45,711 bases of DNA from Octopus bimaculoides (taxonomy: Eukaryota): positions 86,220,026 to 86,265,736 of the forward strand of contig NC_068982.1 in assembly GCF_001194135.2 (NCBI RefSeq), given 5' to 3'. How positions within the stretch are numbered: position 1 is the first letter of the stretch; every line of letters starts with the position of its first letter. The translations under genes and the position numbers were made by a program. Below the pieces are notes generated by a model. That model ran no database searches. It had not been told where the DNA came from and saw only the letters and a list, made by a program, of their open reading frames with translations. Below are positions 35,825 to 45,711 of this stretch, piece after piece.

Positions 35825-36790
35825 GGAAGAATAAGGTGGATGAGGAATTTTTTCCCAACCAAGCTCTTTGATCTTCTGTGATGTGATCTTTGCAGTGTGG
35901 GGTTGTGCACTGTCCTGATGAAACATCACTCCTTTTTAATTCACTAAAGCGGGTCTTTTTTTCTTCAAAGCTTGGTTCAAATGCTCTAATTGCTGACAGT
36001 AGACTTGAGCATTAGGTGGTAACAATTTAAAGTGAATTACTCCTTTGCAATCCCACCAGATAGAGAGAAGAACCTTTTTCCCATGAAGTTCCCTTCTCGG
36101 TTGTAGTTGAGCTTTTTCCCTTTTACCAAGCCACTGTTTACGACATTTAACATTTCAATAGAAAATTCATTTTCCATCACCAGTCTCAAGTCTATCCAAA
36201 AAGGATGAAATAAGTTCGCGAGAATGGAGAGAAGAGCAGATGTCAACTTGGGATATGCCGTTGCTTTCGGACAATTCATGAGGCACCCATTTTCCAAGTT
36301 AGGAACCTGTCCAAGTTGTTGAAGATGATGATGAACAGTTGTATGGTTTGAACTAAGCATTATTGCCAATTCTTCAACTGATAATGCAGGATTTTCTTCA
36401 AGTAATGCCTTAGGAGCTTAGGAGCTTATCATCAAACTCAACTGGATGTCCTGTTCGATTTTCATCTTCAAGCCTGAAATCGCCACTTCTGATTTTTGCA
36501 AACCATCTTCTCCAGGTTCCTTCATTCAAGCATTCTTTCCCATAAACTGAGTGTATGTTTCGAGTCACTTTGGCTGCAGAATTTCCTTTTTTGTACTCAT
36601 AAATCATTATGTGCCTCAAATGCTCTTTGGATACTNNNNNNNNNNGTGTATGTTTCGAGTCACTTTGGCTGCAGAATTTCCTTTTTTGTACTCATAAATC
36701 ATTATGTGCCTCAAATGCTCTTTGGATACTTCCATGTTAGAAAGGATTTTAATCAAAGAAATTTTTATTCTATTATTCTATAAAATAATA
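35825..36790 (-). mobile_element. mariner transposon, decayed, truncated by gap
   Basis: MEVSKEHLRHIMIYEYKKGNSAA, RRWFAKIRSGDFRLEDENRTGHP, FHQDSAQPH, LGWEKIPHPPYS. Confidence 0.92.
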
Positions 36791-36984
36791 TTTAGTTAGT
36801 TTAAATGTACACAAATGCATAAAAATAATTTTTAATTCCATTAGACATTCTAAAATACTATTAAATTTCATTCAAGACTTCTTGGGGTTTTTTTTTCAAC
36901 ATTTGAAGAGAAGTGTATATCTTAGTTTTTTATGATATGGTGTCAGCAAGTAGCGTTTCCAATTTAGGTTAAACTCTTGATGAT

Positions 36985-37790
36985 GTACAAAATATAAATG
37001 AAGACAACAGTGATTTGTCTTCAGATGAATCATACTGATACTTATGAATCTTCATTGGATGAGGAAGATTTTGATAATGAAAGTGATGAAAATGATATTG
37101 AAAACATTACGACAACATGGTTGAAGATTACTACATCAACCAGAATTCCTGATTTCACAGAAAAGATTAGTCCACAATACAGTCTACTTCCTGTTGCTCA
37201 ACCATTGGAGTATTTATTTTTATTTTTACTGTAAAGTTTTTTTGAAACAATCATGGAGGAAAAACTGCTCAACGCATAATTTCTATTTGTGAAAGACCTG
37301 ATCCACTATGACAGCCAACTGATACTGTGAAAATAAGAGCTTTATTTACTGTAAACATTATGTTTGGTATCAAGCAGCATCCTTGAGTGTGAAACTATTG
37401 GAGTCCTGATTTCCAGTATTATATCTAACTATAGTTAATTCATATACTGTTTATGTAAAAAGCCACAAGGTTCCTCCACCACCAAAGGACTATGACCATT
37501 TGACATCACATCTCAGTTACATAAGAGTTTTTCCTCCAGAAAGCACAGAACTGGGAGAAAAGCAAAATTAACTGAGGTGGATGGCAAGAGAAAGAATATT
37601 GACTTCCATAAAGTGGAAAAAATATATGGAAGGAAAAAAGTTTGCAGGCTGTGTTCGCTGCAAAAAAGAAAAACTGCAAAAGGATATCAGGTTGAGACCT
37701 CATATATGTGTTCATTTTGCAAAGTGCCCTTGTGTAAAGGGTGTTTTGGACAGTTTCATGATAGAAATATGGCATAATTATATTTTGTTG
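36985..37790 (+). mobile_element. piggyBac transposase remnant, internally deleted
   Basis: Acidic N-terminus (SSLDEEDFDNESDEND), PLEYLFLF, and C-terminal Cys-rich domain CRLCS...ETSYMCSFCKVPLCKGCFGQFH; termini not identified. Confidence 0.8.
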
Positions 37791-38349
37791 TTTGATAGCA
37801 ATACTATCATATATTCCTTTCATTTTACTACAAATAATATGTGAAAGTGAGAAATACATATTAATTTTCAGTATGTTACACACCTGTATTCACCTTTGCC
37901 TCACCTGTTAATGAACTTTTTTTATTAGAGGCATTCTGTTATGTAAATGTATTCCTTAAATTGTATAAGAGTAAATAGCCAATGCTATATTGACTAGTAA
38001 AAAAGGTTTGTACTTTATTTTCAATGAAAATTTTTGCATGAAATATAGAGAAAGAAAAAAATTTTGTACTGATTATACCTGTATTTTAATTAATTCAAAT
38101 TCATGTACCTCATCTTGAAAAGTGCAAAATTGTTGGCATTTGGGATGATTTTAGTAACAAATCAAACAGGTAAGATGCATTAAGAATTTCAATTTTAGTG
38201 TTTATCCATAATGTTATTGCTTTTACACCTGTTAAACTTACCTGCCTATAAAAGATCAGCTAAACTTACATAACTGTAATCCACTGTATATAAGCACACG
38301 CTAACAAAATTTCAAATCTGTATCTAAAAAATTCACAAAGTTACAAGCA

Positions 38350-40579
38350 AATATTTTGGACATCGGCTATAGCCTAGTCACCCGTATTGTTAACCAGGTG
38401 ATACACGAAGGAGTCATATCCAATGACTGGTGTAGCAGCACCATAGTCAACTGCTACAAAGGTAAAGGTGATGCTTCAGATACAAATAATTAGAGGTATC
38501 AAGTTGTTGGATCAGGTAATGAAAGTCACGGAGAGGGTCATAGCCCAACTAATTAGGGAGAGAATCAGTTTAGATGTGATGCAGTTGGGTTCATGCCAGG
38601 GAAAAGCACCACTGATGCTATATTTCTGGTAAGACAGCTGCAGGAGAAATGCCTAGCCAAAGATAAACATTTCTACCTGGCTTTCGTTGACATGGAGAAA
38701 GCCTTTGACAGGGTCACCCGATCCCTTATCTGGTGATCAATGAGGAAACTAGGGATAAAAGAATGGTTAGTGAGAGCTGTGTGAGCCATGTACAGAGATG
38801 CTGTCAGTAAGGTGAGGGTTGGAAATGAGTACAGTAATGAATTCTGGGTAGAGGTAGGGGTCCACGAAGGTTCTGTCCTCAGCCCCCTCCTATTTATCAT
38901 AGTCCTCTAGGCAGTAACACAGGAATTCAAGACAGGATGCCCTGGGAGCTCCTCTATGCTGATGACCTTGCGCTAATTGCTGAGTCACTATCAGAACTAG
39001 AGGAGAAGTTTCAGGTGTGGAAGCAAGGGCTAGAATCGAAGGGCCTTAGAGTCAACCTAACTAAAACCAAAGTCCTAATAAGTAGGAAGGTAGACAAAAC
39101 ACAAACCCCTTCAGGTAGATGGCCCTGCTTGATCTGTAGAAAAGGCGTAGGTAGAAACTCTATAAGATATATCCAGTGAAAGCTATGGACACATAAGAGG
39201 TGCAGCAATATCATAGGAAGGTTAACTAGGAAGTTAGTTTTTGTATGTAGCAGATGTTCAGGAGCTATAAACACTGTAAATGTGCAGAAAACAGCTTCTT
39301 CCACATTCCAGGGAGAAAAACTAGAAGTAGTTGATAGCTTCNNNNNNNNNNAGAAAACAGCTTCTTCCACATTCCAGGGAGAAAAACTAGAAGTAGTTGA
39401 TAGCTTCCACTATCTAGGTGACTAAGTTAGTAGTGGGGGAGGGTGCACTGAAAGAGTAGCTGCTGGAATAAGAATAGCCTGGGCAAAGTTCAGAGAGTTC
39501 TTATGTCTGCTGGTGACAAAGGGCCTATCAGTCAGAGTAAAAGGCAGACTGTATGATGCATGTGTACGAACAGCCATTCTACATGGCAATGAAACATGGG
39601 CCGTAACTGCTGAGGACATGTGTAAGCTCGCAAGGAATGAAGCCAGTATGTTCCAATGGATGTGTAATGTCAGTGTGCATACTAGACAGAGTATTAGTAC
39701 CTTGAGAGAAAAGTTGAACTTACGAAGCATCAATTGTGGTGTGCAAGAGAGACGATTGCGCTGGTATGGTCATGTAACGAGAATGGATGAGGATAGCTGT
39801 GTGAAAAAGTGCCACAGCTTTGCGGTTGAGGGAACCTGTGGAAGAGACCAGGAAGACCTGGGATGAGGTGGTGAAGCACAACCTTCGAACATTAGGCCCC
39901 ACTAAGGCAATGACTTGTGACCAAGACCTTTGGAAATATGCTGTGCATGAGAAGACCCGGCAAGCCAAGTGAGACCAAAATGCGAGGCTTCTGCCAGGGG
40001 TGTAGCCAGCCCACTTATGCATACCTTTCCTTCATTGGACACTAAACTTGGCTTGTGACGACCTGTTGGGGCAAGTGAAAGTGAAATCATGATGGCACCT
40101 CTAACAGAGGAGCACTAAGAGCACCGTCCGAGCGTGATTGTTTCCAGAGCAGCTGTCTGGCACATAAATAACACCATTTGAGCGTGATCGTTACCAGTGT
40201 GATGTGATGCAGTTGGGTTCATGCCAGGGAAAAGCACCACTGATGCTATATTCCTGGTACTTGTGCCGGTGGCACGTGAAAAGACATTCGAGCAAGGTCG
40301 TTGCCAGTGCCGCTGGACTGGCTCCTGTGCAGATGGCATGTAAAATACACCATTTTGAGCATGGCCGTTGCCAGTACCGCCTGACTGGCCTTCGTGCTGG
40401 TGGCACGTAAAAGCACCCACTACACTCTCGGAGTGGTTGGCGTTAGGAAGTGCATCCAGCTGTAGAAACTCTGCTAAATCAGATTGGAGCCTGGTGTAGC
40501 CATCTGGTTCGCCAGTCCTCAATCAAATCGTTCAACCCATGCTAGCATGGAAAGTAGATGATAATGATGATGATGATGA
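38350..40579 (+). mobile_element. RTE-clade LINE copy 3, 5'-truncated
   Basis: LAFVDMEKAFDRV, GSVLSPLLF, PWELLYADDL, RLYDACVRTAILHGNETW; (GAT)n tail. Confidence 0.93.
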
Positions 40580-40711
40580 ACCTGAATAATTCGAAATAAC
40601 GTGAACAAACAAGCATTACATTTGACAGATTAATCTGAACACTAAAGAGTTAATGACTCTACTTATATACTGCTTATGTATAATAATAACATGAAGATAT
40701 TTAATGGTAGG

Positions 40712-40853
40712 CTAGGCTGTGTGGTAAGAAGTTTGTTCCCAACCACATGGTTTTGGGTTCAGTCCTACTGCATGGCACCTAGAGCATGTCTTCTACTATA
40801 GCCACGGGCCAACAAATTCTGAAGCCAATTTGGTAAAGAGAATCTGTGTGTGA

Positions 40854-40946
<93 letters not shown>

Positions 40947-41212
40947 CGAGAGTGTGTGTATGCATGTGCACTTGTACGTGTGTTATTGTCTGCTTGCCTT
41001 GCTTTGACTTTATGTGATAATTGTAAATGAGCATCACTGTCATGAAAGTGGTGTCCTTCTCTCCAACTTTCTCTGAAAGCATGTCTTCTGATCATGGGGA
41101 AATATATCCTTACTTGAAAACAGGTAAGGGTTGGTGACAAGAAAGGCATCTGCCTCAACAAATTCAGTCCAAACCATGGAAGTGGACATTATAATGACAA
41201 TGATGATGACGA
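40712..41212 (+). mobile_element. SINE with tRNA-like head, internal (GA)n and RTE-like tail
   Basis: Head ggctgtgtggtaagaag...gggttcagtcctactgc like 43096; (GA)n 40864-40944; tail aaggcatc...ccatggaagtggacatt...gatgatgac. Confidence 0.75.
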
Positions 41213-41288
41213 TTTCTTACCAAATTAGAAATTAAGTTAAAATAATAATATACAGAAAAAATATAAGCACATTACAGAATCTGTTTAA

Positions 41289-41543
41289 CCCTTTAGCATT
41301 CTGATTACTTTGTTAAATTTAATTTGACAAGTGATCTGAATGTTGAAGGGTTAAATAGATTCTATAATATGCTTGTATTTTTTCTTACTTATTCACTTTG
41401 TTTTAAATTTATCATTTATTATCTTGTAGCTTCAACATTTTAAGGTTGTGATTGTTTATTGTATGTCATTGTAGGGTACATGCAAGAAACCAGATCTATC
41501 TGGTCTGAACATAAAACAGGTAGAATATTTAAATGTTAAAGGG
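41289..41543. mobile_element. piggyBac-type MITE next to exon A donor
   Basis: TTAA-ccctttagcatt...aatgttaaaggg-TTAA (41285-41288, 41544-41547). Confidence 0.8.
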
Positions 41544-41635
41544 TTAAACAATAAATAACTGCTAAATAATAAATAACATTAATGCAGATTTTTGAGAGAA
41601 TTTTTCAAATATGTGAAATTCGATAACTATCTTAC

Positions 41636-42581
41636 CTGCTATCAAAGGATGTTGAAGGTGAAGCATATGTAACAGACACTTCTATTTCTTGGTTCAAACC
41701 AGTTCGAAGGGTTTTTTTCCATTCATCTGGAAGTGAACCATGACAAGAATGCAAATCATCGGAGGATTTCAGTGATTGTGAAATGTTTCCTGAAGTTAAT
41801 GGTTCAGTTCTAAAATCAGTCTCAATAGTATTTAACTGAAAATTTACACTCCTTGAATCTGTTCGTCCAGATGACAGCATGATTTTACCATACATGTCAG
41901 GTGTAAATCCTTCAGCCAAATTTGGATTATCTGGAGTGGCATCTGCACTAGTTGATATGACATCCATGTCATTAGTATCAATTGGACTATGCTGTCCATC
42001 TTCAATAGCAGCCTGAAAACTCAAACTTCTGTTGCGTGAGCATTGTATAAATTCATTGTGGTTATTGCTCTGGTATTGTGTAGCAGTCAAATAATTAGAG
42101 CTTTTGCGATTAATCTGTGCATCATCTCCAATTGGTAGTAAATGAATATTTGAGCGACTTTCAATAGCAGCTCTAAAACTAGGACTTCTTTGCCTTGGAA
42201 GAGAAGTACCATTTTCAGGATTGCTCTCCATGCTTTGGGATGTCTGACTATCACTTTCAAATTTGTGTGAACTGCGAATAAAATCTTTGCGTTTTTTCTG
42301 ACCATCTTGGCTGCGAGAGCTACTTGAACTGAAGTCTACATCAATAACTCCACTTGTACTAGAACTGTTTGAAGAATAAAGATGGTTGTATAAGAGTTGG
42401 TAGGTTAAATTATCAGTCTGAGTGGCACCAGCAACAAAATTGCATTGTTCATCTAATGTGGGACATGAAGCAGCATGGTCTTTATTATAAGACTCATGGA
42501 TATTAAAATCCCTCAAGACTTCTGTTTTATTATTTCTTTGAGTCAAGGAGCCATTATCAAAGCGTTCAATAGTTAAGGCAT
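41636..42581 (-). CDS. Host gene large internal exon A (946 bp, phase 1-2), Ser/Thr-rich low-complexity region of an unidentified protein
   Basis: Longest non-TE ORF; acceptor ttcttatttttag, donor CAG/gtaaga; frame continues into exon B across a 23.4-kb intron. Confidence 0.9.
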
Positions 42582-42925
42582 CTAAAAATAAGAATAGAAT
42601 GACATATTTACCACAAGATATAAAATCAATTTTCACATTTTATAGGGCAGACAAAATGTACTTGAAATTAGTCTCCCACTGGATGTGCACAAAAATTGTA
42701 ACCAAATTAATCAATACTAAATTAAAAATTTACAAACAATTATATCTAAACTGATCCTGATTTCTATTATTGGATTACAACTATGCTGAAATATCAACTG
42801 TATTTCAGTCTCATGGCTATTTTATCAGTATCTATTAAATATCTACCATTCAATGTAAAAGGACAAACTCAATGACCAGTCTATACTAGTAAACTCAATC
42901 ACTCACACTGCTTTAGGATAGGCTT

Positions 42926-42985
42926 TCATACAGTTTCCATCTATCAAATTCCACTCACAAAGCTTAGTCAACCTGAGGCTATAGT
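42926..42985 (-). mobile_element. SINE fragment
   Basis: cagtttccatctatcaaattccactcacaaagc...gaggctatag matches the antisense SINE head/centre. Confidence 0.75.
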
Positions 42986-43025
42986 TTAAGATAACGTTTC
43001 CTTTTATTCTTCAAATAGCAAATAC

Positions 43026-43092
43026 CTCCATATCTAGACGTGTCTTTGCAGTAGATTGTAAACAATGCCGACGCAATGCTTGTATTTGCTTT
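43026..43092 (-). CDS. Candidate 67-bp upstream exon
   Basis: cctag acceptor, GAG/gtattt donor; frame KANTSIASALFTIYCKDTSRYG joins exon A in phase 1; a second frame KQIQALRRHCLQSTAKTRLDME is also open. Confidence 0.3.
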
Positions 43093-43095
43093 CTA

Positions 43096-43510
43096 GGCGC
43101 AGGAGTGGCTGTGTGGTAAGTAGCTTACTTACCAACCACATAGTTCTGGGTTCAGTCCCACTGCATAGCACCTTGGGCACGTGTCTTCTACTATAACCTT
43201 GGGCTGACCAAAGCTTTGTGAGTGGATTTGGTAGACGGAAACTGAAAGAAGCCCATTGTATATATGTATGTATATATATATATATGTATGTATATATATA
43301 TATATGTATGTGTGTGTGTATATGTTTGTGTGTCTGCGTTTGTCCCCCCAACTTCGCTTGACAACCGATGCTGGTGTGTTTACGTCCCCAGAACTTAGCA
43401 GTTCGGCAAAAGTGACTGATAGAATAAGTACTAGGCTTACAAAGAATAAGTCATGGTGCTCCAGCATGGCCGCAGTCAAATGGCTGCAACAAATAAAAGA
43501 GTAAGAGTAA
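43096..43510 (+). mobile_element. tRNA-head SINE, near full length, with internal (TA)/(TG) tract
   Basis: ggcgcaggagtggctgtgtggtaag (A-box-like), gggttcagtccc (B-box-like), ccttgggca.gtgtctt centre, aagagt-repeat tail. Confidence 0.92.
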
Positions 43511-43647
43511 ATGACATAATTTTTGCATGGTAGTGACCTTTGTTTACTATTAGTGTGCCCATGTCAAAACAATGGAAACATGTACATACACACACATACA
43601 CGCACACACACTCACATGCATGCACACACACACACACACACACACAT

Positions 43648-44320
43648 TAGCTAAAGTACCTGACATTGCTCAGGTTGAAAACTGAGGGAGTTTAACAGTA
43701 ACATCACAAAGTAACATATAATTAACATATAAATCTTTTGGCTATATTTCATGGAGTTTTGGACTAAGTACACCTTGTAAAAATTACTTTTTCTTTTTTT
43801 ACTGGTTTTTTTTAAAGAATATTTTTTTAGATTTCTATGTTTCAGACATAAGCAATATTGATTCTGCCCCTGAAAATTCACACAAATTCAAATCTTTTCA
43901 TTTAAATTTAACCTTTACCTCACCCAAAACTTAATCATAAGTACTAGTCCTAACACCAACCCTTAACCTTTTTATCTAACCTCTAAATTCTAAATGCTAA
44001 CCCTAATCCTAACTATTCTTTTTTATAGAATCATAATCTCCTCTGTTTAAATAATATACTTCTGAAACAAACTTCAAAAATGAAATAAATTACTACAAGG
44101 TACATACTCCAAAACAGAGTGGAGAAAAAAGAATGAAAACAGTGTAATTTTGAATAATTTGATGCTTCATACATAAAAATCTAAAGAAATTAAGAAAAAA
44201 AAACCCCTAAAAAAACGATACAGGTACAAAAGTTCATCAAATAATATTTAAATGCCAGGAGTGCCAAACTTTTATCATTGTGAGGGGTAGGTGGGTGGGA
44301 TCTGGTCCAGTTAGTCAGTA
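43648..44320. mobile_element. Possible non-autonomous Helitron/Helentron-like element
   Basis: ttagctaaagtacctgacattgctcagg start resembles CTAG...acccgg..ttgc.cgg ends; internal degenerate (ccctaa)-like array ~43905-44012. Confidence 0.3.
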
Positions 44321-44323
44321 AGG

Positions 44324-44324
<1 letters not shown>

Positions 44325-44371
<47 letters not shown>
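44325..44371. repeat. (GATA)n microsatellite
   Basis: Direct reading. Confidence 0.98.
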
Positions 44372-44798
44372 TATGAAGCTAGAGGGAGACAAACAATTAA
44401 TTCATGCAGTTAGACAAGTAATACATGTAGATGAAAAACCTTAGATGGAAGTGAAACAACAATGTAAGTGTACAATAAAAATAAATACAATAAAAGAAAC
44501 AGAAGAGGATCTAATGCTCCCAGTTACAGCTACCATCAATGAGATGGGAAAGAAATGAAAGGCAAATGTTAAAAAATAATACTAATTTTTTAAACCTCGC
44601 TTACCAGTGTAAAAAGATAAGAGTTGAAACTGAAGGATTAGAAGTGGAGACAAAATCTGAGTCATAGAGAGAAAAAGTAAGAAGAGGGGGAGGGAAGGGA
44701 TTTGAGAAAGAGGATAAGTGAAGAGAGGAAGAGAAAACAAGAAAGCGAGAGGAGAAGGGGGAACAGAGAAAGACAGAGTAAGGAGAGAAAGTGAAAGC

Positions 44799-45017
44799 GG
44801 AAATGTTGGGGGCACAGAGACACACAAACATATACACACACATACATATATATATGACAGGCTTCTTTCAGTTTCCGTCTACCAAATCCACTCACAAGGC
44901 TTTGGTCGGCTCGAGGCTATAGTAGAAGACACTTGCCCAAGGTGCAACGCAGTGGGACTGAACCCAAGACCATGTGGTTGGTAAGCAAGCTACTTACCAC
45001 ACAGCAACTCCTGCGCC
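44799..45017 (-). mobile_element. tRNA-head SINE, 3'-truncated
   Basis: About 90% identical by eye to 43096-43260 in inverted orientation. Confidence 0.92.
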
Positions 45018-45589
45018 TGTATGTAGAAGTAATGTAAACAAAATCAAGATGTCCATAAATATATACATAGACACTATCCCTCTACTCTTTCTGTCTGTCA
45101 AGCATTTCTCACATTTCATTCATCCCCTAAAAGCCTTCATTCCTCTATCTATAGCACTACTCAGTTGCTGCAATCACTTGAGAGCAGAAACAGTACATAT
45201 TACATTCCCAACTTTCTTTGTTCTTCCAGTTACCTTCTCCACTTGCAAAACCACTTCCATCATGCATTTGTATTGTCATCCTTTCCCACAATATTTCCAC
45301 TGATTACCTTTCTCTGCTTTCAGTTACTGCACTCTCTCCTCTGCCATACTCAATCTTAACACCCCTCATATCTGCTATCATTTTCTACACACTCTCATAT
45401 CTGTCATTATGCCCCATCTACCATAGCTCCTCCTTTATGTACTTATACATTTCCTTCCCCGCAGCTCCTAAACCTTGCACATCATAGCCTTTTGTTTTTT
45501 TAATCTATTCTCCTTCCAGAGTCACTTCTATCTCACCTTACCTGCTCTCCATACTGGTATTTTCCATCAGTCACCTCTTCTTTGATCAT

Positions 45590-45705
45590 TACAAAGATGG
45601 AAGTAGTGCATCAGTTAATTCCTGAACCCACCAACACTATCAATGGACAACAACTGAATGCAGTGAATAAGCTTACGTACACTCTCTGGCATAAAGATGA
45701 GATTA
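45590..45705 (+). mobile_element. RTE-BovB-like RT fragment
   Basis: TKMEVVHQ...TINGQQLNAVNKLTY resembles KTEVMHQP...ITVNGQ.LNAVDKFTYLGS. Confidence 0.55.
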
Positions 45706-45711
45706 TATATA

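Larger units (their letters stand above)
1358..39351. other. Assembly gaps (7)
   Basis: N runs at 1358-1407, 12373-12475, 31388-31715, 33554-34083, 34910-35824, 36636-36645, 39342-39351. Confidence 0.99.

Noticed and set aside
31338-35929. Long ORFs in the track (31338-31757, 33489-34100, 34681-35929)
   Set aside because: Composed mostly of X from N-gaps and microsatellite translations
36551-36730. ~85-bp direct repeat around the 10-N gap
   Set aside because: Identical copies flanking a placeholder gap: unmerged contig overlap
39286-39407. ~56-bp direct repeat around the 10-N gap
   Set aside because: Same assembly artefact
41710-41760. HGSLPD similarity to CRTC GGSLP phosphosites, and TLRTG similarity to STAC
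   Set aside because: Too short; no other family motifs, so no gene symbol assigned
43096-43170. tRNA-like sequences (also 23300-23373, 23530-23614, 34300-34378, 40712-40790, 44940-45017)
   Set aside because: A/B boxes present but no full cloverleaf; each continues into SINE body
43905-44012. Telomere-like ccctaa/cctaac array
   Set aside because: Short and degenerate; more likely internal to a repeat element than an interstitial telomere

Overview
AT-rich animal genomic scaffold with microsatellites and 7 N-gaps. The repeat families (tRNA-head SINEs with internal microsatellites, PHD-containing RTE LINEs with (GAT)n tails) point to a cephalopod, probably Octopus; this is inference from family resemblance. 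No prokaryotic features, CRISPR or true tRNA/rRNA genes. One multi-exon host gene lies on the minus strand. Three exons have canonical splice sites and join in frame (41636-42581, 17865-18186, 12833-12970), encoding a Ser/Thr-rich, probably disordered region I cannot name; it carries a duplicated RxRSxSFxAAIE motif. Two further exons are weak candidates. Nearly everything else is decayed transposons: Penelope-like, RTE (3 large copies), Ty3/Gypsy with a 3' LTR, L1/Tx1, Tc1, maT, two mariners, pogo/Tigger, hAT, piggyBac, MITEs and SINEs. Best second-look items: a minimal type I hammerhead ribozyme motif in a Penelope-like tail (251-345, minus); a hAT transposase split into three rejoinable pieces by a mariner and an RTE; two adjacent long foldback elements in the intron; a 316-bp duplication bracketing the Gypsy fragment; and a candidate exon whose acceptor abuts an antisense SINE that has an inverted partner. 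I cannot support a wholly new biological system here; most findings are local instances or variants of known phenomena.
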